Source: an uncultured Pseudomonadales bacterium
GTDB lineage: Bacteria; Patescibacteriota; Microgenomatia; UBA1400; PJMF01
Length of the DNA: 64,000 nt
Assembly (NCBI GenBank): GCA_964645645.1
Contig: CAZYBC010000001.1
Location: forward strand, 6,064 to 70,063
Direction: 5' to 3'
A program made the position numbers and the translations under genes. Below are positions 47,901 to 57,866 of the stretch, piece after piece. Positions within the stretch are counted from its first letter, which is position 1. Each line of letters begins with the position of its first letter. The notes beneath the pieces were generated by a model, which saw only the letters and a program-made list of their open reading frames with translations, did no database searches and was not told the origin of the DNA.

Positions 47901-49187
47901 ATGCTATTTAATCTAAGCACAACCTACCGGTCTAAGAGTAACTTTTATGAACACAATCTAAAATATATTAAGTGGTTGGAGTTAGCTGGTTCATTGATGT
48001 TTTTAATCCCAGTTTGGGTAAATTTTGAATTGCGTTATCTCAATTTAGCTCAATTAGCTATCATTGAAGCGGCAATTTCATTTACTCAATTAATTTTAGA
48101 ATTACCTACTGGCGCTTTAGCGGATTTATTAGGTAGAAAAAAAACTATTACTTTTGGCTATTTATTGCATGCCACTGGTTTTTTATTTTTCTGGTCTGCC
48201 AAAACTTTTAATGGTTTTTTATTTAGTTCACTGTTTTTTGGCTTTGGTGAAGCATTAATTAGTGGCGCTAAAGAAGCTTTAGTATTTGATACATTAAAAC
48301 AAGCTCATCAAGAAAAAACTTTTACCAAATTAATGAACTTTTTACAAAAGCGGTTTTATTGGGGAATGGCAATTGCTACTTTAATTGGTGGATTAACTTA
48401 TCAAATTAATATTCATTTGCCACTTTTCTTAAATATTTTAGCAATTTTAACTTGCGCCTATTTTGCTTCTCAATTACGTGAACCAATTTTGGATAGTGAA
48501 AAATTTACTTTAGCTATTTATCTTAAACAAACTAAGCAAGGTTTTAGTGAATTATTTAAAACACCTAAATCTCGTCGCATTTCTTTTTACTACATTTTAT
48601 TAGCCGCAGTGAGTTGGCCAATGGTAATTAGTTTAAAAAATATTGCCATGAGTAAAGTGGGTTTAACGGAATTACAAATTGGTTTAATTTTACCAGTGAT
48701 GAATTTATTAAATGTTTACTTTTTTCATTTTATGTTAAAAAAGCAAGCCTTTAAAAATTTGCCTGCAACTTTTATTGCTTTAGCTTTGGTAGCTGGTCTA
48801 AGTTGGTTGGGGTTAGCAGCTAACTTTTCTATTTTCATGGTTTTAATCGTAGCCTTTACCTTGTCATTTATTTCTAGTTGCCGCTGGAATGTTATTGGGG
48901 AATTAACTAATAGTTGTTATTCTAGTAAAAATCGAGCCACTGCTATTTCTACTTTAAGCATGATTATTGGCTTAAGTTATGGCAGCGTGATGATTTTATT
49001 TAGTATTTTCAGTAATTCAACAATTAATCCTGTGATTTTAATTGCTTTATTTATGGCCGGTTTAGCTGGCATAGTTTTACTACCTTTAGCAATTAATTTA
49101 AGCAATAACTTAGCTAACAAAAAAATCAATTTTGAACCTCAAATAGAAAATCCTTTAGAAAAAAGTATTAGCCTTACTGCAAAATAA
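47901..49187 (+). CDS. MFS transporter.
   Basis: TGALADLLGRKKTI (MFS motif A), 12 predicted TM segments, and a strong SD (AAGGAGG) upstream. Confidence 0.75.
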   Translation: MLFNLSTTYRSKSNFYEHNLKYIKWLELAGSLMFLIPVWVNFELRYLNLAQLAIIEAAISFTQLILELPTGALADLLGRKKTITFGYLLHATGFLFFWSAKTFNGFLFSSLFFGFGEALISGAKEALVFDTLKQAHQEKTFTKLMNFLQKRFYWGMAIATLIGGLTYQINIHLPLFLNILAILTCAYFASQLREPILDSEKFTLAIYLKQTKQGFSELFKTPKSRRISFYYILLAAVSWPMVISLKNIAMSKVGLTELQIGLILPVMNLLNVYFFHFMLKKQAFKNLPATFIALALVAGLSWLGLAANFSIFMVLIVAFTLSFISSCRWNVIGELTNSCYSSKNRATAISTLSMIIGLSYGSVMILFSIFSNSTINPVILIALFMAGLAGIVLLPLAINLSNNLANKKINFEPQIENPLEKSISLTAK

Positions 49188-49388
49188 AATTTCGTAGCGA
49201 AGAATTGATATTTAAGAGCGAAAAGGTTTGTTTTCGAACGAAGTAGTAGCTGTGCTACTTCGAGCGAGAAAACAACCTTTACAGCCTTAAATAGCAATTC
49301 TGTAGCCGAAAGGCTTATTTTACAGTAAGGCTATTTAACAACAAGGCCTTAATAGCCTTGCTACAAAATTTTATTTCTCAGTAAGTCT
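49170..49388. repeat. MITE/REP-like repeat, copy D (219 bp composite).
   Basis: The first 64 nt are about 95% identical to copy A. The right end, GCTACAAAATTTTATTTCTCAGTAAGTCT, is the inverted left TIR. Inside is a nested element with AGCCTTACTG/CAGTAAGGCT ends and a long nested palindrome (CGAAGTAGTAGC-TGTG-CTACTTCG). Confidence 0.8.
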
Positions 49389-49439
49389 AACATTTCTGTT
49401 ATGATAATTAAGAATCAAAAATAGAGAAAGAAAGGACAG

Positions 49440-49673
49440 ATGAAAAAAATCGTCACCAGTCAATTTGTTGTTTTATTAATTGGCACCATTTTTGCTTGGT
49501 CTAATTTTGGCTATGAACTTTATAGCTATTTAAATAACAAGCCATGCGAATTAGGTTGTTCTGCTTCTCCTGCCGTGGTTAATCCTTTTTATACCCCTTG
49601 TTTTTATGGCGCTTTATTCTTTCTTACTGCCTTTGTGCATAGTGTGTTGTTATTAAAAAAAGTTAAAAAATAA
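49440..49673 (+). CDS. Small Cys-containing membrane protein.
   Basis: 77-aa ORF with two hydrophobic segments and four Cys. Confidence 0.4.
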   Translation: MKKIVTSQFVVLLIGTIFAWSNFGYELYSYLNNKPCELGCSASPAVVNPFYTPCFYGALFFLTAFVHSVLLLKKVKK

Positions 49674-49693
49674 CTTTACTACCTAAAAATTAT

Positions 49694-50731
49694 ATGGCGA
49701 AAAAAAAAGTTTTATTAGGTATGAGTGGCGGAGTTGATAGCTCTGTAACAGCGGCCATTTTATTAAAACAAGGCTTTGAAGTTATTGGCGCAACTTTTCA
49801 GCTACAAGAAAAACAGACCAGTACTAATGATGCTGCTAAAGTGGCTGAACAATTAGGAATTGAGCATCTTTTTTTAGATTTAAAAAATCAATTTAAAGAT
49901 CGCGTTATTGATTATTTTATTAATAGTTATCTTCATGGTGAAACACCAAATCCTTGCACCACTTGTAATCGCTTCATTAAATTTGACGCTTTGTTGAATA
50001 AAGCTTTAGCCATGGGGATTGATTACATTGCCACTGGTCATTATGCCAGAGTGGAATTTGATGAAAACAAACAAAGATACTTACTAAAAAAATCTTTGGC
50101 TGGGGGCAAAGATCAATCTTATGTTTTATATGCTTTAACACAAGCTCAATTAGCCAGAGTAATTTTTCCTTTAGGTAATTTTACCAAACCAGCCATTCGT
50201 GCTAAAGCTAAAGAGTTAGGCCTTAGTGTAGCTGATAAACCAGATAGTCAAGAAATTTGTTTTATTCCTGATAATAATTATCGCCACTTTATTCAAAGCC
50301 AAAATACAAGCAAAATTAAACCAGGCAATTTTGTTGATCAAAACGGCAAAATTTTAGGTCAACATACTGGCATTACTAATTACACCATTGGTCAAAGAAC
50401 TGGTTTAGGGATTGCTTTAGGTTATCCAATTTACGTTACTAAAATTGATCCAGTCAAAAATGAAGTAGTGCTCGGCACTAATCAACAGCTCTTTACTACC
50501 ACTCTTTATGCTAAAGATTTAAATTTTATTGCTATTAAAAAATTAGAAGAACCTTTAAAAATTAAAGCCAAAATCCGTTCTAGCGCTTTAGCAGAATCAG
50601 CCACTATTTACCCAGCTGACAATGAGCAAATTAAATTAGTTTTTGATCAAGCTCAACGCGCCATTACTCCTGGGCAAGCTGTGGTTTTTTATGATGACGA
50701 TGTGGTAATTGGCGGTGGAAAAATAATCTAA
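49694..50731 (+). CDS. mnmA: tRNA-specific 2-thiouridylase MnmA.
   Basis: LLGMSGGVDSSV (PP-loop) and a catalytic Cys in PCTTCN. Confidence 0.9.
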   Translation: MAKKKVLLGMSGGVDSSVTAAILLKQGFEVIGATFQLQEKQTSTNDAAKVAEQLGIEHLFLDLKNQFKDRVIDYFINSYLHGETPNPCTTCNRFIKFDALLNKALAMGIDYIATGHYARVEFDENKQRYLLKKSLAGGKDQSYVLYALTQAQLARVIFPLGNFTKPAIRAKAKELGLSVADKPDSQEICFIPDNNYRHFIQSQNTSKIKPGNFVDQNGKILGQHTGITNYTIGQRTGLGIALGYPIYVTKIDPVKNEVVLGTNQQLFTTTLYAKDLNFIAIKKLEEPLKIKAKIRSSALAESATIYPADNEQIKLVFDQAQRAITPGQAVVFYDDDVVIGGGKII

Positions 50732-50749
50732 ATGTTATAATGAACATCT

Positions 50750-52459
50750 ATGCTAAAAAAAATCTTAGCTCTTTTAATTGCTTTAACTAGCTTCAATTTA
50801 TTCTTTTACAAAAACAATCAAAATTACTTAGGCACTATCGCTTTTGTAATTCTAGTTTTAACCACTCAAGCTTTTTTATGGATCGCTTTTTATCAAAAAG
50901 ATAAAAAAGAAATTAAACATAAGTTTGCTTTAGTAACGAGTGGTTTAACAATCGTTACTAGTATTTTTTCCTTGTTTAGAGCTAGTGAAGTAGATCAATT
51001 TTTACTTAGTAGTCTTACTTTAGTTTTAACTTTAATTAGTACTTATTTATTAACAATCTCTTATTCAATTTTTGGGGCAATTAGTGAACTTTTTTATGTG
51101 CCTAAACAACTAGTGGCAAACTGGTTAGATAATTTTTTTACCATGATTCCTAGTTTACCTAGACAAACTAAAAAGCTATTCAGTTTAAATAAAGTTTTAC
51201 CTCAACAAAAATCTCCTTCTAAAAATACAGTTTTTTCTTTAATTAGGGGAGCTGTCATTACCCTGCCTATCATCTTAGTCATTACCTATTTGTTAGCTCA
51301 GGCTGATCCGGTTTTTTCAAAATTAGTTAATGAAATTTTAAATATTAAAATTAATTTACCTGACTTTTTATCCAATATTCCAGAAAGATTTATTCATTCT
51401 TTAATTTTACTTTTGTTATTAATTCCAATTGCCATGCTGAAAATTGAACAGCCTTTTATTTCACCGCTTAAACATGAAAAATTTGCTAAATATAAAAATG
51501 AGCTTTCCGTTTTAGTATTAAGTTTAGTGGCAGTTTTAGCTGTCTTTTTAGCTATTCAATTCCGTTATTTATTTGCCAATGTAGCAGAAACTCAATTACA
51601 CCAATTTGGCATTAATACTTATTCAGAATATGTTCGTAAAGGTTTTGTGGAAATGCTGATAGTTTCAGTAATTGTCTATTTAGTATCTGCAAGTAGTTTT
51701 GTGGTTTATCGTTCTTTAAATCAAAGTAAAAATTGGTTAAGAAGATTTAACTTTTTATTATTAGCAGAAATGTTAATTTTTATTATTTCAATTTTCCGCC
51801 GGGTGCTGCTTTATCAAAATTATCATGGTTTAACTAGAGTTAGAATTTATGGTTCGATGTTTTTAATAATGCTAATTGGTCTAACTATTACCTTAGCTCT
51901 TAGACAAATCAAAAAACAATTTTCTAATTGGTATCTTTATGAAATAGGGATTGTGATTGGCACTATGTTGCTTAGTGTTTTCCTAAAAACAGATCGCTTA
52001 ATTGCAACTACTTTTCCCCCACATGTAAATAATGAAATCGATTATATTTATATTTCTCGCTTATCTGCGGATGGGGTTGATGGTTGGATTAAGGCTTACC
52101 AAGATGCCAAACAATCTATGGAAGAAATTCAGCAAGATGGTGGAACACGACTTACTGTTTACACCTATCTTTCCATCAGCCAACTCAAAGAAAAATACAC
52201 ATTTTTAATCAAACATTATGGTTCTAAAGAAGATAAAGCCTTATTGAACTATTCGGTTGATGATAAATATAACTTTACTAAATTTAACTTTAGCGAGTGG
52301 CAGGCTTATCAACAATTAAAAAACAATCTTAGCTATAATGAATTAATGGAAACTTACCAAAAGTTAGATGACATATATTATTCATTACCCAAAGAAGAAA
52401 GCAGTAAAAGTTTTGACCGATCTTTAAATTCACCATTAATGGAAGCAATAGAAAGATAA
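50750..52459 (+). CDS. Hypothetical polytopic membrane protein.
   Basis: 569-aa ORF with many TM segments. Confidence 0.5.
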   Translation: MLKKILALLIALTSFNLFFYKNNQNYLGTIAFVILVLTTQAFLWIAFYQKDKKEIKHKFALVTSGLTIVTSIFSLFRASEVDQFLLSSLTLVLTLISTYLLTISYSIFGAISELFYVPKQLVANWLDNFFTMIPSLPRQTKKLFSLNKVLPQQKSPSKNTVFSLIRGAVITLPIILVITYLLAQADPVFSKLVNEILNIKINLPDFLSNIPERFIHSLILLLLLIPIAMLKIEQPFISPLKHEKFAKYKNELSVLVLSLVAVLAVFLAIQFRYLFANVAETQLHQFGINTYSEYVRKGFVEMLIVSVIVYLVSASSFVVYRSLNQSKNWLRRFNFLLLAEMLIFIISIFRRVLLYQNYHGLTRVRIYGSMFLIMLIGLTITLALRQIKKQFSNWYLYEIGIVIGTMLLSVFLKTDRLIATTFPPHVNNEIDYIYISRLSADGVDGWIKAYQDAKQSMEEIQQDGGTRLTVYTYLSISQLKEKYTFLIKHYGSKEDKALLNYSVDDKYNFTKFNFSEWQAYQQLKNNLSYNELMETYQKLDDIYYSLPKEESSKSFDRSLNSPLMEAIER

Positions 52460-52469
52460 GAAAGGACTA

Positions 52470-53060
52470 ATGAAAAAAATTATTTTATCTTTGGCATTAT
52501 TAGCCACTGGGGCAGTATTATTAGCTGGTTGTGGTAAAGCTCAACCCACTCCTTCTGTCTCAACTGGGACCAAAGTAAAATTTGAAAAAGAAGTAGCTTT
52601 GAATGAAGAAGCTATGGTTGAATTTCAGATGATGGAAGGTAGCGAAAAAACTACTGGTAAAGCCACTTTTAAAGCCAAAGAATTTGGAGAAAAAGCTAAG
52701 ATGGGTGAAACCCAACCAATTGCTGGTCAAACTTTTTATTATTTAGTTTATGACTTTAAAGCTGATGCTACTAATTCCACAACTGCTACACCAAGCTTAT
52801 TTTTAGACCCAGCTGCTCCTCAAGTAGTTATGTTAGAAGCTAACACTATGCCAGAATTAGGCGGCATGATTAGCGGTGCTTATAATTCTAATTTACAAGA
52901 AGAAATGGGCTTGCAAGCTTTTGAATTGGTAAAAATGAATCAAGCTGATTGGGTGAGCACAGTTGCCACTTGGTACACCACTAAAGTAGAAAAACCAGTA
53001 GTGGCTTTACAATACAACGATGCCAGTGGAAGCAAAAAATATATTAAAATTAATTACTAA
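52470..53060 (+). CDS. Hypothetical lipoprotein.
   Basis: LAGCG lipobox. 196 aa. Confidence 0.5.
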   Translation: MKKIILSLALLATGAVLLAGCGKAQPTPSVSTGTKVKFEKEVALNEEAMVEFQMMEGSEKTTGKATFKAKEFGEKAKMGETQPIAGQTFYYLVYDFKADATNSTTATPSLFLDPAAPQVVMLEANTMPELGGMISGAYNSNLQEEMGLQAFELVKMNQADWVSTVATWYTTKVEKPVVALQYNDASGSKKYIKINY

Positions 53061-53071
53061 ATTAATTTAAG

Positions 53072-54205
53072 ATGCTAACTAAATTCTGGTCAAAATTAAT
53101 CTTTATTGTTATTTTATTAAGTGGGCTTTTTTTAAAGCCCACTTTGGTTTTAGCTCAAGATTCCGAAATACCAGAAACCGAAACTTTACAAGGTAAAATT
53201 TTAAAAATCAGTGAAGAAGGTAAGGAAACTATTAATGACCAGCTAGTAGATTACCAGATTTATGAAGTCTTAATTACTCAAGGTAGTTTAAAAGGCCAAA
53301 CTATTCAGCTTAAACATTCAGCTGCTAGCAGTGGTTTAATGGCCACTAATTTTCAAACTTACCAAGCTAATGACAAAATTAGCATCCAACTTGCTTATGA
53401 TTGGCAAGGTCAGCCAATTTATAATATTTTAGGTAAAATAAAAATTTACGGTCTAATCAATTTAGCCATTTTATTTTTAATTGTGGTGTTATTAATTGGC
53501 AGATGGTGGGGGGCACTCGCCACGGCTGGATTGATTTTTTCTTTTGTGGTAATTTTTAAAGTGGTCATTCCTTTATTAATGAAAGGCGTTGATCCAATTT
53601 TAACTACTGTCATTGGTTCAATATTAATTATTCCTGCTACTTTTTATATCTCTCATGGTTTTAATGCTAAAACTCACACCAGCGTTATTAGCACCTTTAT
53701 TAGTTTAATTATTACTAGCTTACTATCAATTTACTTTATTAATCAAACTTATCTCACCGGCTATGCCAGCGAGGATGTTAATTTTTTGCAAGTAGAAATA
53801 GGTGACGTAATTAATATCAAAAACTTATTATTAGCGGGAATGATGATTAGTGCGCTAGGTATTTTGGATGATATTACCATTGGCCAAGCTTCTACGGTAG
53901 AACAACTAAAAAAAGCTAATCCAAAAATGAAAAAACTAGCGCTTTTTAAACAAGCCATGCATGTAGGCCAAGATCATATTTCTTCCATGGTCAACACACT
54001 TATCTTAGTTTACGCTGGAGCCAATCTTCCTTTGCTCTTATTATTTTCTGATAGCCAACGTCATTTTGGAGAAATCATTGAATTAGAAATGGTGGCTCAA
54101 GAAATCGTCAAAATGCTGGTGGGGAGTATTGGACTCGTTTTAGCTGCTCCGTTAGCTACCGGAATTGCTGTTATAATGTTCCAACCAAAAGAAGTGAAAA
54201 AATAA
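53072..54205 (+). CDS. YibE/F-family membrane protein.
   Basis: Signal sequence and extracellular domain followed by multiple TM helices. Overall architecture is that of YibE/F. Confidence 0.55.
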   Translation: MLTKFWSKLIFIVILLSGLFLKPTLVLAQDSEIPETETLQGKILKISEEGKETINDQLVDYQIYEVLITQGSLKGQTIQLKHSAASSGLMATNFQTYQANDKISIQLAYDWQGQPIYNILGKIKIYGLINLAILFLIVVLLIGRWWGALATAGLIFSFVVIFKVVIPLLMKGVDPILTTVIGSILIIPATFYISHGFNAKTHTSVISTFISLIITSLLSIYFINQTYLTGYASEDVNFLQVEIGDVINIKNLLLAGMMISALGILDDITIGQASTVEQLKKANPKMKKLALFKQAMHVGQDHISSMVNTLILVYAGANLPLLLLFSDSQRHFGEIIELEMVAQEIVKMLVGSIGLVLAAPLATGIAVIMFQPKEVKK

Positions 54206-54209
54206 ACCT

Positions 54210-54602
54210 ATGTTAAAAAAATCTCTATTTTTAATTTTAGTTAGTGCTGTGTTTTTAACTGGCTGTACAGCCAAGCCTCAGCCAAACAATAATTTACCTT
54301 TACCAACTCCAACCGTTACCCAAGCTGAAGTCAGCCCCACTTACACTTTTGTTGCTGAAACAGACGGCCAAACTGCCGCTGACTTATTACAAGCTAACTT
54401 AACTTTAGAAACTAAAGATTACGGTGAAGCTGGCTTATTTATCACTGCCATTAATGGCTTAGCTGGTGATAATCAAAACTACTGGGCTTTCTATCTTAAT
54501 GATCAGTATGCCCAAACTGGAATTAGCCAAACTGTCCTTAAAAAAGGTGATAAAATTACCCTTGTCTATGAAAAGATTGTCTTCGATCAATTATCAGAAT
54601 AG
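54210..54602 (+). CDS. DUF4430-domain lipoprotein.
   Basis: LTGCT lipobox. C-terminal ...WAFYLNDQYAQTG...LKKGDKITLVY. Confidence 0.55.
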   Translation: MLKKSLFLILVSAVFLTGCTAKPQPNNNLPLPTPTVTQAEVSPTYTFVAETDGQTAADLLQANLTLETKDYGEAGLFITAINGLAGDNQNYWAFYLNDQYAQTGISQTVLKKGDKITLVYEKIVFDQLSE

Positions 54603-54624
54603 CTTCGCTAATTTAGCAGTTTTT

Positions 54625-55059
54625 GTGTCTCGCTTAGGCTTATTACCAGCTAATATTAGTCCTTTGGGAAGTTTAGGTTTTTTCTCTAATAACCTAGTTT
54701 TATTTATCTTAAATATTATTATTTTTGATTGGCTAGTGGGTGGTTTTTATCCTAATTGTTGGGTCACCTACTTAGGCTTTTTGATGTATCCATTAATGAG
54801 TCATTTAGCCAAAAAAAATCTCAAAAAACAAATTGTTTTTTTGCCGCTCGCCTCTTTGTTGTTTTTCTTTGTTTCTAATTTGGGAGTTTGGTTCTATTGG
54901 TATCCTCACACTCTCACTGGCCTAATTCGCTGTTACCTATTAGCGCTCCCTTTTTATCAACGTACTTTAATGGGTGATCTAGTATTTGGCTATACCTACT
55001 TAGCACTAAAAGAAGGTTTAAAACGCTGGAATATTAATCATCTATTAGCTCGTAATTAA
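54625..55059 (+). CDS. Small polytopic membrane protein. The start is uncertain.
   Basis: GTG 54625 is the first plausible start after the upstream stop. Four or five TM helices. It may be an ECF-type substrate-capture component, given the DUF4430 neighbour. Confidence 0.35.
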   Translation: MSRLGLLPANISPLGSLGFFSNNLVLFILNIIIFDWLVGGFYPNCWVTYLGFLMYPLMSHLAKKNLKKQIVFLPLASLLFFFVSNLGVWFYWYPHTLTGLIRCYLLALPFYQRTLMGDLVFGYTYLALKEGLKRWNINHLLARN

Positions 55060-55061
55060 GC

Positions 55062-55805
55062 ATGGTCAGTCAAAAAAATTTTTACAATCTTTTTCATCAC
55101 AAAAACAAAAAGTTTAATAAAGTTATCAAACGACCTAATTTTACTTACTATTATCATTTAGAAATTTTGCACCATTGGTTTAAAAATTTTACAAATTTAC
55201 GTGTTTTAGATGTAGGCTGTGGAGTTGCCCCAATCTCTTTATATTTAGCCAATCAGCAAGCTAAAGTCACCGCCATTGATATCTCTACCCGCGCCATTAA
55301 ACTCGCCCAACAAGCTGCTAAAGATTTAGGTTTAAAACTTACCCTCAAAGCCGAACAACTTCACACTGGCCAACAACAAAATGATTTATTAATTTGTTCG
55401 GAAGTGCTAGAACATATTGCTCACGAAAGTGATTTTCTCAAAAAATTAAATTCTCAACTCAAAAAAACTGGCCTATTATATTTATCTGTACCCAGCGATC
55501 AAAACTGTTTGTTTAAATTAGGATTACTTAATAAATTTGATCAACAAGTAGGACACTTACGCCGGTATAATACTGAGAATATTCAAAAACTTTTAACCAA
55601 ACATGGGTTTAGAATTTTGACCTTAAAAAAAGCAGAAAGCCCCTTAAGAAATTTATTATTTATCAGCCCGCTAGGATTTTTAATCAAATTTATTCGCGGC
55701 CCGCTAATTAAAATTTTTCATTGGCTAGATGAATGTTTAATTCCACTGCTTGGTTATTGTAATATTATTGTCATAGCTAGAAAGAAAACATCATGCAACC
55801 CTTAG
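55062..55805 (+). CDS. Class I SAM-dependent methyltransferase.
   Basis: VLDVGCGVAPISLYLA is the SAM-binding motif I. Confidence 0.75.
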   Translation: MVSQKNFYNLFHHKNKKFNKVIKRPNFTYYYHLEILHHWFKNFTNLRVLDVGCGVAPISLYLANQQAKVTAIDISTRAIKLAQQAAKDLGLKLTLKAEQLHTGQQQNDLLICSEVLEHIAHESDFLKKLNSQLKKTGLLYLSVPSDQNCLFKLGLLNKFDQQVGHLRRYNTENIQKLLTKHGFRILTLKKAESPLRNLLFISPLGFLIKFIRGPLIKIFHWLDECLIPLLGYCNIIVIARKKTSCNP

Positions 55806-56266
55806 CCCCTAACAGAAGAATGCGCCCCGGCACTAAAGCCTTAATTGTGCACCAAAACAAAATTTTAGTGGTTCACGAAAAAGTTAATTATAACGGCCAA
55901 CCCGTAATAATCACTGACTTTCCCGGTGGCGGAATTGAATTTGGTGAAAACCTCATAGACGCTCTCAAAAGAGAAGTTTACGAAGAAACCTGCTTAGAAG
56001 TTGAAGTCCAAAAAGTCGTTGGCGCATGGGCCTTTGTTTTAGGCGATACCGAAAAAGATGACCCTAATCGCGAAAAAGTTCATATCGTTTGTATTGGCTA
56101 TCAATGCAAATTAATTGGCGAACCCAAAATTGATCTCAGCAAAAATCCCGCTCCAGAAAATATTGTGGAAGCCCGGTGGTATAGCAAAGAAGAATTGTTA
56201 AGCGACCCCGCGTTGTTAAGAAATTCCCCAGGGATGATTCAGGCGGTGGAAAACATAGAATTGTAA
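55793..56266 (+). CDS. NUDIX hydrolase.
   Basis: Nudix box: FPGGGIEFGENLIDALKREVYEETCLEV. Confidence 0.8.
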   Translation: MQPLAPNRRMRPGTKALIVHQNKILVVHEKVNYNGQPVIITDFPGGGIEFGENLIDALKREVYEETCLEVEVQKVVGAWAFVLGDTEKDDPNREKVHIVCIGYQCKLIGEPKIDLSKNPAPENIVEARWYSKEELLSDPALLRNSPGMIQAVENIEL

Positions 56267-56361
56267 ATCAGGCTTATTAAACCTACCCAGTGATTTCAAC
56301 TTTTCGCCAGGTTTTTAAAGAAAAATTTGTTATAATTAAGATCTAATTTGATAAATTTTAA

Positions 56362-56446
56362 GGAAGTGTCGCATAGTGGTCGATTGCACACGCCTGGAAA
56401 GCGTGAGCTCGCAAGGGCTTCGTGGGTTCGAATCCCACCACTTCCG
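56362..56446 (+). tRNA. tRNA-Ser (anticodon GGA).
   Basis: Acceptor GGAAGTG/CACTTCC, anticodon stem CACGC/GCGTG with loop CTGGAAA, long variable arm, T-arm GTGGG-TTCGAAT-CCCAC, discriminator G. CCA is not encoded. Confidence 0.8.
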
Positions 56447-56454
56447 CAGTTACA

Positions 56455-56484
56455 AAAAGGTCAAGCGCAAGCTTGATTTTTTTG
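56455..56484 (+). terminator. Intrinsic terminator after tRNA-Ser(GGA).
   Basis: TCAAGC-GCAA-GCTTGA hairpin with a GNRA loop, followed by T7. Confidence 0.7.
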
Positions 56485-56683
56485 TAACTGTTGGTGGTGG
56501 ATGATGAAAAGCCAAGGTGCGCGTTATTCAGCCTAATAGTGCACATGAGGAGTCAATCCTTTAGAAACTAAACGAAACGACGAGGCGCACTATGCTGAAT
56601 AATGTGAGGAAGCGCAAGCGAAGACAGGTGTATAATTGTAGCGATTAGCGGAAATTATACTGTCTAAGCGAGCAAACTCACTC

Positions 56684-56698
56684 TCCCACCACTTCCGC
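56684..56698 (+). repeat. Direct repeat of the tRNA-Ser(GGA) 3' end (15/15 bp identical to 56433-56447).
   Basis: TCCCACCACTTCCGC occurs at the tRNA 3' end and again 236 bp downstream. The second copy continues with CAATAAAAAA, as found after tRNA-Ser(GCT). Confidence 0.8.
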
Positions 56699-56736
56699 CA
56701 ATAAAAAAGTATTTAGCCCGCCCTAGTAAAGGAAAT

Positions 56737-57021
56737 ATGTCAAATAATTGGAAAGAATCTACAACTGGCCAATTTAATGAAACAGAATTAGCCCGTTTAC
56801 AAACTGGAACTGCTGAAGAATTAACTACAGCTTTTATGTCTTCTGCTGACAATGTTATCCTTAGAGCTCTTTATGAATTAATGACTCATGGTGAAGATGA
56901 AAAATTAAACGCAATAATAAACAATCCTGCTATTAAAAATAGAATTGAAAGAGCTTGTGTAGGTTTTGGCCCTGATATGATTATTCTTCTTAGTTTGATG
57001 AGCAGATTTGGGCTGCATTAA
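56737..57021 (+). CDS. Hypothetical protein.
   Basis: 94-aa ORF. Confidence 0.4.
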   Translation: MSNNWKESTTGQFNETELARLQTGTAEELTTAFMSSADNVILRALYELMTHGEDEKLNAIINNPAIKNRIERACVGFGPDMIILLSLMSRFGLH

Positions 57022-57024
57022 TAA

Positions 57025-57642
57025 CTAAATTTCAACTATCTTTGCTCTGTCATCGCTTATAAGCACAGCTTGATCATTGGTTAAAGTCACCACTTCAAAA
57101 CCCTTGTCTTTCATTTCGGCTGTTGTATCTTTTATTCTCTGAGCATATTTGGCTTCATGGGCGTGGGGAATAATAACTTTATCGAAAAAATTTAAGCCCT
57201 GATAATCAGTTAAAGCTGGAGCCTCATTAGGATCATCAAATCTTTTCGCTCCTTCAATAGTGGGACAACAAATAATTGAACCGGCACTAGAGCCAACATA
57301 GATGAGACCGTGGTCAACTAATTTTTTGATGACTTTATCAAAACCACTTTTCTTAACCCAATCTAGTAAATAAAAAGTATTACCACCTGCAACCAACACC
57401 AAATCAACCTCAGATAATTGTTGTTCTAATGACGTTTCTGAAGCTAACTTTAGATCTATGTCCACCACTTCAAAACCCATGGCCACCAATTTTTCACGAT
57501 CTACTTCCATAAAACCTTTATCTTGGTAAGGATCTGCCGCCGTGGGGATAAAAGCCGCCTTTAGTGGTGATTTGTTGGGTAACAACTCTTTAATAAGATC
57601 TAAAGTAACTGCGGCAAAAGAGGCTAAAAAAAGTTTTTTCAT
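57025..57642 (-). CDS. Peptidase S51 (dipeptidase E-like).
   Basis: VAGGNTFYLL...YVGSSAGSIICCP matches the S51 Ser/His context. Confidence 0.75.
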   Translation of the reverse strand: MKKLFLASFAAVTLDLIKELLPNKSPLKAAFIPTAADPYQDKGFMEVDREKLVAMGFEVVDIDLKLASETSLEQQLSEVDLVLVAGGNTFYLLDWVKKSGFDKVIKKLVDHGLIYVGSSAGSIICCPTIEGAKRFDDPNEAPALTDYQGLNFFDKVIIPHAHEAKYAQRIKDTTAEMKDKGFEVVTLTNDQAVLISDDRAKIVEI

Positions 57643-57866
57643 ATTGTTGATAAGGTAGATTATATGCTAGAAATCAGTAGTTAAAGGGGATAAGATGAAA
57701 AAATGGAATTTAAAATTTTGTGATTACCTAGGGATGAATTGTCCCTAAGTAGTAATAACTAATCATTAAACTATTAAGCAATACTTAATAGTTCAAAATC
57801 GCGAGTAAAAAACTTTTTTTTAGCCTGTCCCATTTGCCCAATTTTTCTATATAATACCTTGGGTAA

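Noticed and set aside
56448-56736. tmRNA, RNase P RNA, SRP RNA or 6S RNA in the 288-bp spacer after tRNA-Ser(GGA).
   Set aside because: The expected conserved motifs are absent: the tmRNA T-arm GGTTCGA before the CCA-like end, the RNase P GGAAAGTCCGGGCT/AGGGCA cores, and the SRP GGAAGCAGCC region. It is kept only as an unexplained structured segment in findings.
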